DNA of 64,000 nucleotides. It comes from a virus. Its lineage: Duplodnaviria > Heunggongvirae > Uroviricota > Caudoviricetes. Below the pieces are notes generated by a model, which worked only from the letters and a program-made list of their open reading frames with translations, did no database searches and was not told the DNA's origin. Below are positions 29,117 to 39,987 of this stretch, piece after piece; the first letter of the stretch is position 1; each line of letters begins with the position of its first letter. A program made the position numbers and the translations under genes. Location of the stretch: the IMG/VR virus record IMGVR_UViG_3300032318_002198; one strand, 5' to 3'.

Positions 29117-30658
29117 ATGTCATCATTAAACTTCCCATCAAACCCAACAATTGGACAGATACATACTATAGGCAATAATTCTTGGCAATGGACTGGATCC
29201 TCATGGATAAAAATTGAGCCTTTAGTTAATACATTTAATAGAGTTATTGTAACATCCTCGACGCAAGCAACATCGACAACTACCGGCGCATTAATTGTTA
29301 CAGGCGGTGTCGGTATAGGTGGAGATCTATATGTTGCAGGAACATTCTACGCCGGTGGCGATGCAGTATTAACGACCTCTAGTTTTGCTTATAGCGTAAA
29401 CGAAGGCGTTGATATGGAAATCGGCCTGAGTTCGGCGACTGGAGCGTTGATATTTTCTAATATTTCTACATTACAAAGTGTTACAACTAGAGGTTTTACA
29501 ACTTCTAATAGAATAAACATTACTAATATTACCGTTTCAACTAGTACCATGTCCGGAGCATTAGTTGTTACCGGTGGAGTTGGAATCGGTGGAAACTTAG
29601 TTGTTCAAAATAATATAAGCGGTGGTACTTTAACTGGCAGAAACTTAACTCAGGGTAGAATAGTTTTTGTAGGAACAAATAGTCAATTAACTGATGCAAG
29701 TAATTTAACTTATAATGATCTTATAAATGTTATATCAATAGGTGCAGGCAGTTCTACCACAGCAACTAATATAGCTGGCGGCGGCCCTGGTACAATACCA
29801 TATCAGCTAGCATCGGGAATTACTAGATTTGTATCAACCGGTACTGCTGGATTTATTCTCAGTTCAAATGGAACATCGCCTCCTACCTGGATACCAAATA
29901 CTTCTTTAATGACTACTGCAACTAGTATTTTTGGAGGTACTACTGGAGCAATTTTATATCAACAAACGGCAAATTCAACCACCTTCCTAACATTAGCCGG
30001 TACCGAAAATGCCATCGTAGCAGCAGGAACTAATGCTCCAAAATATGTAACACAGATCGAAGCAAAGTCGGGAATATCAAGTGCATCTACTTCGAGCTCG
30101 CAAAGTTTGCGAGTCACAGCAGGTGGACTAGGAATAGTCGGCGATAGCTATTTTGCAAACAATTTAGGTTTAGGTGCAACGTTAACAGTTTTTGGAGCCA
30201 CAGATTCGACCACTACCGCATCGGGTGCATTACAAGTTGTTGGAGGAGTAGGAATAGCGAAGAACTTAACTGTTGGTAATAGTATTACAGTCGGAAGTGT
30301 TCTTAATAGCACCGTTGTACCTGCCCTATATAGTAATAATTTTATAATGTCTAGCTATACAAGTCCGACTATTACAACGCCTGGATTAAAAACATTAGAT
30401 CAATTTGCAGAGGCGGCATATAGATCTGCAAAATACATGATTCAAGTTGTAGACGGAACAAATGTACATATTGTGGAAATTATGATAACACATAACGCAT
30501 CACACGTTTATAAAAATGAATATGGAATTATAACAACCGCCGGAGAATTAGGCACATTTAATGCAACAACAAACGGTACAACTGTTACATTAACATTTAA
30601 TCCTACATCTCCGTCAAATATGATTATTAAACTAGTAAGATTAGGGATAACTACTTAA
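29117..30658 (+). CDS. Tail fibre protein
   Basis: LNFPSNPTIGQ N-terminus, GALxVxGGVGI repeats, C-terminal YRSAKYMIQV domain. Confidence 0.75.
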   Translation: MSSLNFPSNPTIGQIHTIGNNSWQWTGSSWIKIEPLVNTFNRVIVTSSTQATSTTTGALIVTGGVGIGGDLYVAGTFYAGGDAVLTTSSFAYSVNEGVDMEIGLSSATGALIFSNISTLQSVTTRGFTTSNRINITNITVSTSTMSGALVVTGGVGIGGNLVVQNNISGGTLTGRNLTQGRIVFVGTNSQLTDASNLTYNDLINVISIGAGSSTTATNIAGGGPGTIPYQLASGITRFVSTGTAGFILSSNGTSPPTWIPNTSLMTTATSIFGGTTGAILYQQTANSTTFLTLAGTENAIVAAGTNAPKYVTQIEAKSGISSASTSSSQSLRVTAGGLGIVGDSYFANNLGLGATLTVFGATDSTTTASGALQVVGGVGIAKNLTVGNSITVGSVLNSTVVPALYSNNFIMSSYTSPTITTPGLKTLDQFAEAAYRSAKYMIQVVDGTNVHIVEIMITHNASHVYKNEYGIITTAGELGTFNATTNGTTVTLTFNPTSPSNMIIKLVRLGITT

Positions 30659-30720
30659 CTAATAAAAACTTTATTGAATAAATAAAATATACGTCGAAAG
30701 CGGAGAGGGAAACTAACGAC

Positions 30721-33700
30721 ATGGCAACTTATCCAGTTGACTTTAAAGTCAAAAACGGGCTGATAGTCACTAACACAGCTACTATTACTGAAACAGCAAA
30801 TGCGGTTAATTCTTCTACTGGTGCATTAGTTGTATCTGGCGGAGTTGGCATTCGAGGCGACCTCCACGTCGGAGGACTTATATATGGTACCGTAAATCAA
30901 ATTGGTTCGCAAGGCTTCCAAGGCGCTCAAGGTCTGATAGGCCATCAAGGATTCCAAGGCGCCAGGGGTAATCAAGGTTTTCAGGGATTTGTTGGCGCTC
31001 AAGGTATAGGTGGGCAAGGTTTCCAAGGTGCGCAAGGTATTCAGGGACCTCAAGGTATTCAAGGACCTCAAGGTTTCCAAGGTAATTCAGGTTTTCAAGG
31101 AGCGCAAGGTTTTGCTGGAGTCGGGAACCAAGGTGTTCAAGGCGCTCAAGGTATTCAGGGACCTCAAGGTATTCAAGGACCTCAAGGTTTCCAAGGTAAT
31201 TCAGGTTTTCAAGGTTCACAAGGTGCTGCTGGCGGATCGGGTGCAGCGTTAACCGCACAAAAGAACTTCTTTGCAACAGACGGCAATCCTAATATTACAA
31301 GTACCGGCTGTTTCAATACAGCAATTGGTCAAGGTGCTGGATGCGGGTTAACATTTGGTAGTTATAATAATTTCTTTGGTCGAGATGCCGGACGAAACAA
31401 CACAACAGGTAGCGGCAACACCTTCATTGGGAGTAGAGCAGGATTTGCAAACACCAATGGTAACAACAATAACTTCTTTGGTTGCTATGCCGGTCGAAGT
31501 AATACCGCTGGTAGTTATAATAATTTCTTTGGTAGATATGCTGGATCTAGCAACACCACCGGTGACAGTAACACCTTTATTGGTGCGTTTGCTGGTGAAT
31601 GCAATACTGTAGGTACTCATAATGTGGCAATTGGTTTCCGAGCAATGCGTGTTAGTAGCAACACATTATTATCTTTTGGTACAATTACGGGCGGCAGCGG
31701 ATACGATGATGGAACATATACTGGAGTAATATTAACACTTCATACTGGCAGCGCACCCACGGTGTTTCCAACTGCAACTATTGTGGTGAGTGGCGGAGCA
31801 GTTACCTCAGTTACACTAGAAACCGGCGGTAGCGGTGTATTTTCGAGCGCAGTATATACCTCTGACGCCATCGGATCAGGATCCAATTTTACTGTTGCAT
31901 CTGGCACCATTAGAAACGCATCTTTTAATTTTATTGCAGGACAGTGCGCTGGGCACTACAACGGAGGCTCTGATAATACCTTCATCGGTCAACTTGCCGG
32001 GCATCGTAACGCAAGTGGCTTTGGTAACTTCTTTGCTGGCGGATGTGCTGGCGTGTGTAACACAATAGGCTCTAATAATACCTTCATCGGCCAATCCGCC
32101 GGATTTTGTAATACAAGTGGCGCCGGTAACTTCTTTGCTGGTTCGTCTGCCGGAAGAAATAATACAACCGGCTCTAATAACTTCTTTGCTGGTTCGTCTG
32201 CCGGAAGAAATAATACAACCGGCTCTGATAACTTCTTTGCTGGATTGTGTGCCGGCCACCGAAACTCAACTGGCAATAGCAACAACTTCTTTGGTTCTTA
32301 TGCTGGATTCTGTAACACAATCGGCTCTAATAACTTCTTTGCCGGATCCCGTGCTGGATTCTGTAACACAACTGGCAACGGCAACAACTTCGTTGGTCGT
32401 TGTGCTGGTTGCAATAACACAACCGGAAGCAACAACAACTTTATCGGTTCCTCTGCTGGTAGCGGTAACACAACTGGCAGTTACAACACCTTCATCGGTC
32501 AGAGTGCTGGCCTAAACAACAGATTTGGTTCTCACAACCACTTCTTTGGCCGATATGCTGGATATTGTAACACTACTGGCTCTAATAACTTGTTCTTTGG
32601 TCGTTATGCTGGTTTCCGCAACACAACTGGCTGTAATAACTTCTTTGCTGGTGCATGTGCCGGATATTCTAACACCACTGGCAATGGTAACTTCTTTGCT
32701 GGATTCTGTGCTGGAGCGTGTAATACATCAGGTAATAATAACTTCTTTGCCGGTATATGTGCCGGAAGAAGTAATACAACCGGCGATTACAACCATTTCT
32801 TTGGTTCTTGTGCCGGTTTTTGTAATACAACTGGTTCTCACAATGTTTTTATTGGGGCGTTAGCAGGTTGCAATAACAGAGAATCTCATAACTTCTTTGT
32901 TGGACATTGTGCGGGATTCTGTAACATTACAGGTACCAATAATATTTTCATTGGCAGGTTCGCAGGCTTTTCTAACCGAACCGGCTGTGGTAACTTCTTT
33001 GCCGGATTCTGTGCTGGATTCAGTAACACAACTGGCAGTTACAACACCTTCATCGGTCAGAGTGCTGGTCGTTATAGCATGACCGGAATAAATAACACCT
33101 TTATTGGTGCATTTGCCGGTCGAGATAACAGGGGAATTAATAACACCTTTATTGGTAATGCTGCCGGTGTCGTTAACACCGCCGGTTCTAACAACAACTT
33201 CATTGGTTTTTGTGCCGGATATAATAATACAACCGGAAGCTACAATAACTTCTTTGGTTTCAATACTGGTCGTAGTAACACGACCGGATCTCATAACTTA
33301 TTCGCTGGATTGTGTGCCGGACGCTATAACAACGACGGTTCTAACAATACATTCGTCGGCCAAAATGCAGGAAGAAGTAACACAGACGGAAATAACAATA
33401 CCTTCGTCGGTTCATTGGCTGGGTGCTCCAATACAACCGGCTCCGATAACTTCTTTGCTGGTTTATGGGCAGGAAGAAGTAATACAACTGGTTCTAATAA
33501 CTTCTTTGCTGGATCTTGTGCTGGTGCATGTAGCACAATCGGCAGTTACAATACTTTCATCGGAGAGTGCGCCGGGTTTAGTAACACAACCGGCTCTAGT
33601 AACTTCTTTGCTGGATTGTGTGCCGGTGTATGTAACACTACTGGTTCTGATAACAATTTCATTGGTCAGTATGCTGGAATGTGTAATACATCAGGATGCA

Positions 33701-35688
33701 GTAATGTCTTTGTTGGATCCAGTGCTGGACGACAAAACACAACCGGCTTCAATAATAACTTTTTTGGTACATCGGCTGGTCGCTACAACACAACAGGTAG
33801 CAATAACACTTTCATCGGAGGGTGCTCTGGCAGGAACAACACCACAGGAAGTCATAATAATTTTATTGGTTTTGGTGCCGGACAGTGTAATACATTCGGG
33901 GGCTGCAATAACTTCCTAGGTCGCTTGGCAGGGTTTCGCAATAATACTGGTAATCATAACTTCTTCGCTGGATTTTGTGCCGGATATAATAATACAACCG
34001 GAAGCTACAATAACTTCTTTGGTTTCAATACTGGTCGTAGTAACACGACCGGATCTCATAACTTATTCGCTGGATTGTGTGCCGGAGCGTTTAACACAAC
34101 AGGTAGTAACAACAACTTCATTGGTCAATTCGCTGGTTTTTTTAATACTACGGGTAATAACAACAACTTCATTGGCACACAAGCGGGCGAGCGCAATGTT
34201 GCAGGTACTCATAATGTTGCCATTGGATTACACGCCTTGCGTTCTAATAGTACATTATCGTCTTTTGGTGCAATTACGGGCGGTTCACTATATCAAAATG
34301 GCACTTATCCCCTCGTAACATTAGAACTGGACAGCGGCGAAGCACCACTAGTATACCCTGTTGTAAATATTACAGTAAGTGGTAACGCAGTTACTGCCGT
34401 TACCCTAGTAACTGGCGGCAGCGGTGTAGTTGCAGGTGCAACATATACTATTGCTGCCTCAACCATCGGCGGAACTGGTCTTGGATTTAGTGTTGCCTCG
34501 GGTACTATTTTAAGCGGAAGTTTTAATTTTGTTGTGGGGCAATGCGCCGGGTACTTCGCTACAACCGGTTCTGATAATACCTTTATCGGTCAATTTGCTG
34601 GGTTTTGTAATACTATCGGCTCTAATAACTTCTTTGCTAGTTCATTTGCCGGAAGAAATAATACTACCGGATCTCATAACTTCTTTACTGGACAATGTGC
34701 CGGATTCTGTAACTCAACTGGTTGCTATAATAACTTTTTCGGTCGTTGTGCCGGATTCTGTAACTCAACTGGTTGCTATAATAACTTTTTCGGTCGTTGT
34801 GCTGGTTATTCGAACACCACTGGCTCTAATAACAACTTTTTCGGTCAACTCACCGGCTGGCAAAATAGTTCCGGCAACTACAATATTTTTATCGGTTGTA
34901 ATACCGGTTTTAGTAATCAAACCGGATCTTATAACAGCTTTTTAGGATCCGGTGCCGGATATAGTAATACAACTGGGTGTTATAATATCTTTGTTGGACA
35001 AAATGCAGGTAGAGGTAATACTACTGGTCGTAATAATGTTTTTATTGGATGTGCAGCAGGTCGCAATAATACATTTGGCGAAGCCAATAATTTCATCGGT
35101 CGTTATGCAGGACACCGGAATATATCTGGTTGCTATAATAACTTTTTTGGTTGCGGTGCAGGTCGCTGTAATACAACCGGGTCTAATAACTTCTTTGCAG
35201 GATTATGTGCGGGATTCTGCAATAGTACTGGCTCTAATAATTTGTTCTTTGGTTGCAATGCTGGTGTCGGCACTGCTGGTCTTGCTAATATCACAACAGA
35301 AGCCAATAGAATTATTATGGGCAATTCAAGTCATACTTGTGCTCAAATAGCAATTGGATGGACAACAGTTTCGGATTGCAGAGACAAGCACATATTCTGT
35401 AGATTGGATAAAGGCCGTGGATTCTTGGAAGGCATTAAACCGATTGTTTACAGTTTCAAAGATCGCGAAACCAACGTAATTACTGATATCAAGAAGCGTT
35501 ATGGATTTAGCGCACAAGAAATATTAGACCTAGAAGGTAACGAACCAGTGCTGGTCGGGGTAGACAATCCAGATAAACTAGGATTTACATCCGATTATCT
35601 AGTTCCTATTTTGGTTAATGCGGTAAACGAATTGTCTAAAGAGTTAGAACTGTTAAAAAATAGAGTAAAAGATTTAGAAACTAAATAA
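30721..35688 (+). CDS. Long tail fibre/adhesin: collagen-like segment, Cys-rich 14-aa beta-roll repeats, C-terminal S74 intramolecular chaperone
   Basis: (GxQ)n at ~30904-31225; dozens of NNFF(A/I)GxxAGxxNTTG units; SDCRDK...YGFSAQE...YLVPILVNAVNEL plus terminal coiled coil. Confidence 0.85.
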   Translation: MATYPVDFKVKNGLIVTNTATITETANAVNSSTGALVVSGGVGIRGDLHVGGLIYGTVNQIGSQGFQGAQGLIGHQGFQGARGNQGFQGFVGAQGIGGQGFQGAQGIQGPQGIQGPQGFQGNSGFQGAQGFAGVGNQGVQGAQGIQGPQGIQGPQGFQGNSGFQGSQGAAGGSGAALTAQKNFFATDGNPNITSTGCFNTAIGQGAGCGLTFGSYNNFFGRDAGRNNTTGSGNTFIGSRAGFANTNGNNNNFFGCYAGRSNTAGSYNNFFGRYAGSSNTTGDSNTFIGAFAGECNTVGTHNVAIGFRAMRVSSNTLLSFGTITGGSGYDDGTYTGVILTLHTGSAPTVFPTATIVVSGGAVTSVTLETGGSGVFSSAVYTSDAIGSGSNFTVASGTIRNASFNFIAGQCAGHYNGGSDNTFIGQLAGHRNASGFGNFFAGGCAGVCNTIGSNNTFIGQSAGFCNTSGAGNFFAGSSAGRNNTTGSNNFFAGSSAGRNNTTGSDNFFAGLCAGHRNSTGNSNNFFGSYAGFCNTIGSNNFFAGSRAGFCNTTGNGNNFVGRCAGCNNTTGSNNNFIGSSAGSGNTTGSYNTFIGQSAGLNNRFGSHNHFFGRYAGYCNTTGSNNLFFGRYAGFRNTTGCNNFFAGACAGYSNTTGNGNFFAGFCAGACNTSGNNNFFAGICAGRSNTTGDYNHFFGSCAGFCNTTGSHNVFIGALAGCNNRESHNFFVGHCAGFCNITGTNNIFIGRFAGFSNRTGCGNFFAGFCAGFSNTTGSYNTFIGQSAGRYSMTGINNTFIGAFAGRDNRGINNTFIGNAAGVVNTAGSNNNFIGFCAGYNNTTGSYNNFFGFNTGRSNTTGSHNLFAGLCAGRYNNDGSNNTFVGQNAGRSNTDGNNNTFVGSLAGCSNTTGSDNFFAGLWAGRSNTTGSNNFFAGSCAGACSTIGSYNTFIGECAGFSNTTGSSNFFAGLCAGVCNTTGSDNNFIGQYAGMCNTSGCSNVFVGSSAGRQNTTGFNNNFFGTSAGRYNTTGSNNTFIGGCSGRNNTTGSHNNFIGFGAGQCNTFGGCNNFLGRLAGFRNNTGNHNFFAGFCAGYNNTTGSYNNFFGFNTGRSNTTGSHNLFAGLCAGAFNTTGSNNNFIGQFAGFFNTTGNNNNFIGTQAGERNVAGTHNVAIGLHALRSNSTLSSFGAITGGSLYQNGTYPLVTLELDSGEAPLVYPVVNITVSGNAVTAVTLVTGGSGVVAGATYTIAASTIGGTGLGFSVASGTILSGSFNFVVGQCAGYFATTGSDNTFIGQFAGFCNTIGSNNFFASSFAGRNNTTGSHNFFTGQCAGFCNSTGCYNNFFGRCAGFCNSTGCYNNFFGRCAGYSNTTGSNNNFFGQLTGWQNSSGNYNIFIGCNTGFSNQTGSYNSFLGSGAGYSNTTGCYNIFVGQNAGRGNTTGRNNVFIGCAAGRNNTFGEANNFIGRYAGHRNISGCYNNFFGCGAGRCNTTGSNNFFAGLCAGFCNSTGSNNLFFGCNAGVGTAGLANITTEANRIIMGNSSHTCAQIAIGWTTVSDCRDKHIFCRLDKGRGFLEGIKPIVYSFKDRETNVITDIKKRYGFSAQEILDLEGNEPVLVGVDNPDKLGFTSDYLVPILVNAVNELSKELELLKNRVKDLETK

Positions 35689-35694
35689 AAATCA

Positions 35695-35723
35695 TTGACA
35701 TTTTTATTTTTATCTATTAATAT
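35695..35723 (+). promoter_or_regulatory. Sigma70-like promoter for the modification cluster
   Basis: TTGACA (35695-35700), 17 nt, TAATAT (35718-35723); ATG 6 nt later without SD. Confidence 0.55.
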
Positions 35724-35729
35724 TCTATT

Positions 35730-36386
35730 ATGAAACGAGTTCTTATTGCCACACCTTGCCTTGATCAAAAAGTAGATGCTTACTTTGTTCATAGTCTGTG
35801 CGAAAGTATTAAGCTTGGTCTTAAACACGACCTTGATATAAAATGTGTGTTTTTGGCAAACGAAAGCATATTGCCGATGGCTAGAAATGAACTTTTCAAC
35901 CTAGCCTACCACGACAACTATGACATTATGGTTTTTATTGACGATGACGAACAATGGGAACCCGACGCACTAATCGAGGTATTACTGTCTGAAAAAGATG
36001 TTGTTGCTATCCCAGTAGTCAACAAAGGCGACAAAAAAATAGAATTTAATATTTTGTACGATAAAGTTAATCTAGATACGGATGGATTTTTTGAAATCAA
36101 ATCATCCGGCACCGGGTTCCTTAAATTATCGAGAAAAGTTGTAGTAGATTTATATGAGTCAAATACTGAATTGGTGTTTAGAACTAAAAAATTAAGAAAC
36201 ATTTGCGAGTACACATACTTAAATGGTTCATTCGTTGGAGAAGACATAACACTTTGCAGAAAGATAAAAGAATTGGGATATAAAATTTGGGTAAATCCTA
36301 AGTTTACAGTGAATCATATCGGCAATAAAATGTATAAAGGCAATTTTATTGAAAAAATAAATGAACAATCTAACTCTATACTGTAA
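35730..36386 (+). CDS. GT-A fold glycosyltransferase-like protein
   Basis: VLIATP, ARNEL, FIDDD, GTGFL, GEDITLC, HIG. Confidence 0.75.
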   Translation: MKRVLIATPCLDQKVDAYFVHSLCESIKLGLKHDLDIKCVFLANESILPMARNELFNLAYHDNYDIMVFIDDDEQWEPDALIEVLLSEKDVVAIPVVNKGDKKIEFNILYDKVNLDTDGFFEIKSSGTGFLKLSRKVVVDLYESNTELVFRTKKLRNICEYTYLNGSFVGEDITLCRKIKELGYKIWVNPKFTVNHIGNKMYKGNFIEKINEQSNSIL

Positions 36387-37101
36387 CTCACACAACGGTA
36401 AAAAACCATTACATACACAATGTAACCAAATTATCTTAATGAATGGATCATACTTTCTGCCCGAGGAAGTAAAAAAACATTGCATAGAGCAGAATTATAT
36501 ATTAGATGACACCGACACAAACCTATCTCATTTAAATCATTATTTGGGCGACCTGACTGGTTTGTATTGGATATGGAAAAATACCGATCATGAATTTGTT
36601 GGCACTAATCAATATCGTAGATTTTATGACGATGACGAATTAAAAAATATTGATCTAAACGAAAATAACCTATATGTATCTGAATTTTTAAAATTTGATG
36701 TAGATGTTTGGAGCCAATACATTAACAGTCATGGTGCAATAGGTCTCAAAATACTCACTAAAGCAGCAAAACTTAAAAAAATAGCAATCACTGAAAACAT
36801 GATCAATGAATTTTATAAGATTAACTTATTGTCGACTTGTAATTCTTTTTTCTCACACCGGTCATTGTTTGATAAAACTTGTGAAATTTTATTTGAAATG
36901 ATTTTTGAATTATACAATGGTATGAAATATGCGTTGGATTTTGTTCAATTGGGTATTCATACCGGCAGAAGTTTTAATGAAAAAAGACTACTAGCATTTT
37001 TGGCCGAAAGAATGTTAACTGTGATGTATTACAACTCCGATTACTTTTATAACAAAAATATAAACATTGTACCAATAAAATATAAATTAATAAATGAATA
37101 A
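36361..37101 (+). CDS. DUF4422-like glycosyltransferase
   Basis: DDTDTNLSHLN, LTGLYWIWKN, VGTNQYRRF, AFLAER. Confidence 0.7.
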   Translation: MNNLTLYCNSHNGKKPLHTQCNQIILMNGSYFLPEEVKKHCIEQNYILDDTDTNLSHLNHYLGDLTGLYWIWKNTDHEFVGTNQYRRFYDDDELKNIDLNENNLYVSEFLKFDVDVWSQYINSHGAIGLKILTKAAKLKKIAITENMINEFYKINLLSTCNSFFSHRSLFDKTCEILFEMIFELYNGMKYALDFVQLGIHTGRSFNEKRLLAFLAERMLTVMYYNSDYFYNKNINIVPIKYKLINE

Positions 37102-37831
37102 TACAATCGATATTATTATTCCTACGATGTGGAGAGAAGAAAATCTAGTTACATACCTTAAAAACTATGTAGATAGTCAATATATTGGCAAAATTATTGT
37201 AATAGATAATGACTACATAAAAAGGCCAAAGTCTTTAATTTTTCAAAATAAAAAAATAGATATAGTAAATTACGGGCGTAATCTATATGTTAATCCTTCT
37301 TGGAACGAAGGTTATTATAGAAGCAACGCAGATATTCTTTGCATTTTAAATGACGATATTTGTGTAGATAATGATGTGTTTAGATTTATGTCATCTTTGT
37401 ATTTTACAGACATAGACATAATAGGAGTTCACTTAAAAGGCAGTGTCGATAACTTTCATATTATAGAACATCCTGACAAAAAAGAGGAACTGATTAGACT
37501 AAACTTAAATAGACATGAGCCCATTGGCGGACAAAGTTATGCGTTCGGCGTATGCATGTTTATAAAAAGAAGTGCATACAAAGTTATACCCAGTCTGTAT
37601 CAAATTTGGTACGGAGACGATTATTTGATACAACGTAACAAAAACATTTATGCATTAAAGACTAGCAAGATCACTGGAGAGATATCAAAAACTATAGTGG
37701 CATTTGATAAAAACACTGATATTCAAAAAAGAATTATACTAGATTCAAAAAATGCATATAGATTTAATCATTTTTTAAATTCTAAAAATTGGGACCTAGT
37801 AAAACAATATAACAAAAGGCAAATAAATTGA
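37094..37831 (+). CDS. Family 2-like glycosyltransferase
   Basis: IIIPTM, IVIDND, SWNEG, ILNDDI, WYGDD. Confidence 0.75.
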   Translation: MNNTIDIIIPTMWREENLVTYLKNYVDSQYIGKIIVIDNDYIKRPKSLIFQNKKIDIVNYGRNLYVNPSWNEGYYRSNADILCILNDDICVDNDVFRFMSSLYFTDIDIIGVHLKGSVDNFHIIEHPDKKEELIRLNLNRHEPIGGQSYAFGVCMFIKRSAYKVIPSLYQIWYGDDYLIQRNKNIYALKTSKITGEISKTIVAFDKNTDIQKRIILDSKNAYRFNHFLNSKNWDLVKQYNKRQIN

Positions 37832-38727
37832 AATATAGCATTTTTCACCTGCAAGGCGGCATAGGTAAACATGTTGCTGCAACTGCGGTTGCACAGGCAA
37901 TAGCAAACAACCACCCTGATCGTAAACTAATAGTAGTGTGTGCATACCCAGACATATTCATCAATTTAGATTTTGTTTATAGATGTTTTCAATTGGGCAA
38001 TACTAGTTACTTTTATCAAAACTATGTACAAGACAAAGACTCTATCATATTTCACCACGAGCCTTACTATACAACCAATCACATTCACAAACGAAAACTG
38101 CTAATTGAAAATTGGTGCGAAATGTACGGTCTTAAGTACAATGGCGAAAAACCAATTATCAAATTCAATAAGTTGCAATACGATGTTGCTAAACGATTTT
38201 GGAGAAAAAATAAACCCATTATGGTATTGCATACTAATGGCGGCGTAATGACTACCGATGCAAAACCCTATGCATGGACAAGAGACATGCCAGAAAATAT
38301 AGCACAGGCATTAGTAGATCACTATAAAAAAGACTACCATATATATCAGATTACAAAAATAAATTCTCCAAAATTAACAGGAGCCGATCACGTGTTTGCG
38401 ACACCGCAGCAATCATTATCATTAATGGAACTTTTTAGTATACTGTTGCATAGTAGCAAGAGAGTATTAATAGATAGTTGTATGCAGCATGCAGCGGCAG
38501 CATTAAAGAAACCCAGCACTGTGTTATGGAACGGAACTAGTCCTAAGGTTTTTGGATACAACCTTCATGAGAATATTTGCACTAGTGTTCCTTATGATTT
38601 TAAATTACCAAATAGTTATTTGTTTGATTTTGATTTTAATGGAAATGAAACAGAATACCCTTTCACAGAAGATGTAAATCTTTTTAACATAGATGCTATA
38701 ATAGAATCTATAAATAAACAGCAATAA
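37828..38727 (+). CDS. GT-B (family 9-like) glycosyltransferase
   Basis: GGIGKH, IDSCMQHAAAALKKPSTVLW resemble heptosyltransferase motifs; TTG start. Confidence 0.7.
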   Translation: MKYSIFHLQGGIGKHVAATAVAQAIANNHPDRKLIVVCAYPDIFINLDFVYRCFQLGNTSYFYQNYVQDKDSIIFHHEPYYTTNHIHKRKLLIENWCEMYGLKYNGEKPIIKFNKLQYDVAKRFWRKNKPIMVLHTNGGVMTTDAKPYAWTRDMPENIAQALVDHYKKDYHIYQITKINSPKLTGADHVFATPQQSLSLMELFSILLHSSKRVLIDSCMQHAAAALKKPSTVLWNGTSPKVFGYNLHENICTSVPYDFKLPNSYLFDFDFNGNETEYPFTEDVNLFNIDAIIESINKQQ

Positions 38728-38739
38728 AGGAAACCTAAA

Positions 38740-39711
38740 ATGAAAGAAATGATACGAGATATTATCAGAGAAGAAATAATGCGCAATGCATCCAAAACAT
38801 ATTATTTTATGGCTGGCTTGCCGAGGTCGGGTAGTACACTGCTTTCGTCATTGCTGAATCAGAATCCTAGATTTCATTCCGGTCCGAGCAGTCCGGTTGT
38901 ACCGACCATTGTGGCATTAGAGCAATCGTTGTCCAATGATGAATTATACCTGGCATACCCAAAGCCTGCACAAGGCGCGAAGATAATATCGAGTGTATTA
39001 GAAAACTGGTACAGTGATGTAGATAAGCCTGTAATATTTGACAAGAATAGATCATGGGTTAATAGATTACATTATATTCCGGGTTACTTTGGAATTCAAC
39101 CAAAAGTATTATATCCGGTCCGCGATATTTCCGAAATATTGGCATCGTTTATTAGTATGTACCATAGGAATCCTTATAAGGGAGAAGGCCGAATTCCTTT
39201 CTTAGATGAAATGCTGATAAAAGGTAATATTCCATTAAGTGACGACAACCGTTGTGAAGCATTATGCAAACCAATGGGTATAGTTGGTGCCAGTTATAAC
39301 GGATTAAAACAAGTCTATACCGAAGGAAAAGAAAGTCAGTTACACATTATTGAGTATAATGACTTGATTTCTAACCCAGAAGAAACTATGAAGAAGATTT
39401 ATGACTTCTTGGGAGAAGAATATTATCAACACAACTTTGAAAATATTGAAAATATTCATAAAGAAAAGGATCAAGAAGTATACGGCTTAGCAGACATGCA
39501 TGATGTAAGGAATACTTTAAGTAAAGTTTCTGTAAAGCCCGAAGATATCTTATCTGAAAATATTTTACAAAAATGTAAAGACGCTGAATTCTGGAGAAAC
39601 GTAAAACCATTAACAGATGTTGATCTAGAAAACTTAGAAGAAGCAAACTATTTGGATGATTTTTCTAACCCACCATTTAATGCTTCAAATAACGAAACTC
39701 TAATAGGATAA
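38740..39711 (+). CDS. Sulfotransferase family protein
   Basis: PAPS-binding GLPRSGSTLL loop, DKNR, VRDISEILAS, YNDLISNPEETMKKIYDFLG. Confidence 0.85.
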   Translation: MKEMIRDIIREEIMRNASKTYYFMAGLPRSGSTLLSSLLNQNPRFHSGPSSPVVPTIVALEQSLSNDELYLAYPKPAQGAKIISSVLENWYSDVDKPVIFDKNRSWVNRLHYIPGYFGIQPKVLYPVRDISEILASFISMYHRNPYKGEGRIPFLDEMLIKGNIPLSDDNRCEALCKPMGIVGASYNGLKQVYTEGKESQLHIIEYNDLISNPEETMKKIYDFLGEEYYQHNFENIENIHKEKDQEVYGLADMHDVRNTLSKVSVKPEDILSENILQKCKDAEFWRNVKPLTDVDLENLEEANYLDDFSNPPFNASNNETLIG

Positions 39712-39723
39712 AAGGAGAATAAT

Positions 39724-39987
39724 ATGAATAATGAACCAATGACAATGCAACAAATAGAAAGTACTGTTCGTGCAGCACGTGACAGTGTTTGGGTCGTAAA
39801 TGATCAACTTGCAAAGTTAACAAATGGTGCTGCCTGGACAGATGCACTCAAAGGCAATATTGAAAGAAATGTGGCACATCTAGAAATAGTAATGGCAAAC
39901 CCAGAAATAACAGGTGCAGGATTAGACCTAACAGATTTAACCGCTGCAATAAATGCAGGAAAGCAAGAATTACAAAATCGTCAATAA
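39724..39987 (+). CDS. Small helical hypothetical protein
   Basis: 87 aa, strong SD AAGGAG. Confidence 0.7.
   Translation: MNNEPMTMQQIESTVRAARDSVWVVNDQLAKLTNGAAWTDALKGNIERNVAHLEIVMANPEITGAGLDLTDLTAAINAGKQELQNRQ

Noticed and set aside
31300-35300. 42-nt periodic repeats as a CRISPR array or DGR template/variable pair
   Set aside because: Repeats are in-frame coding units of the fibre with no unique spacers; duplicated blocks are identical rather than A-mutated; no cas or reverse transcriptase gene in the window
30826-35517. Many overlapping alternative-frame and antisense ORFs in the fibre gene
   Set aside because: By-products of repetitive, codon-biased sequence; no SD, promoter or recognisable domain
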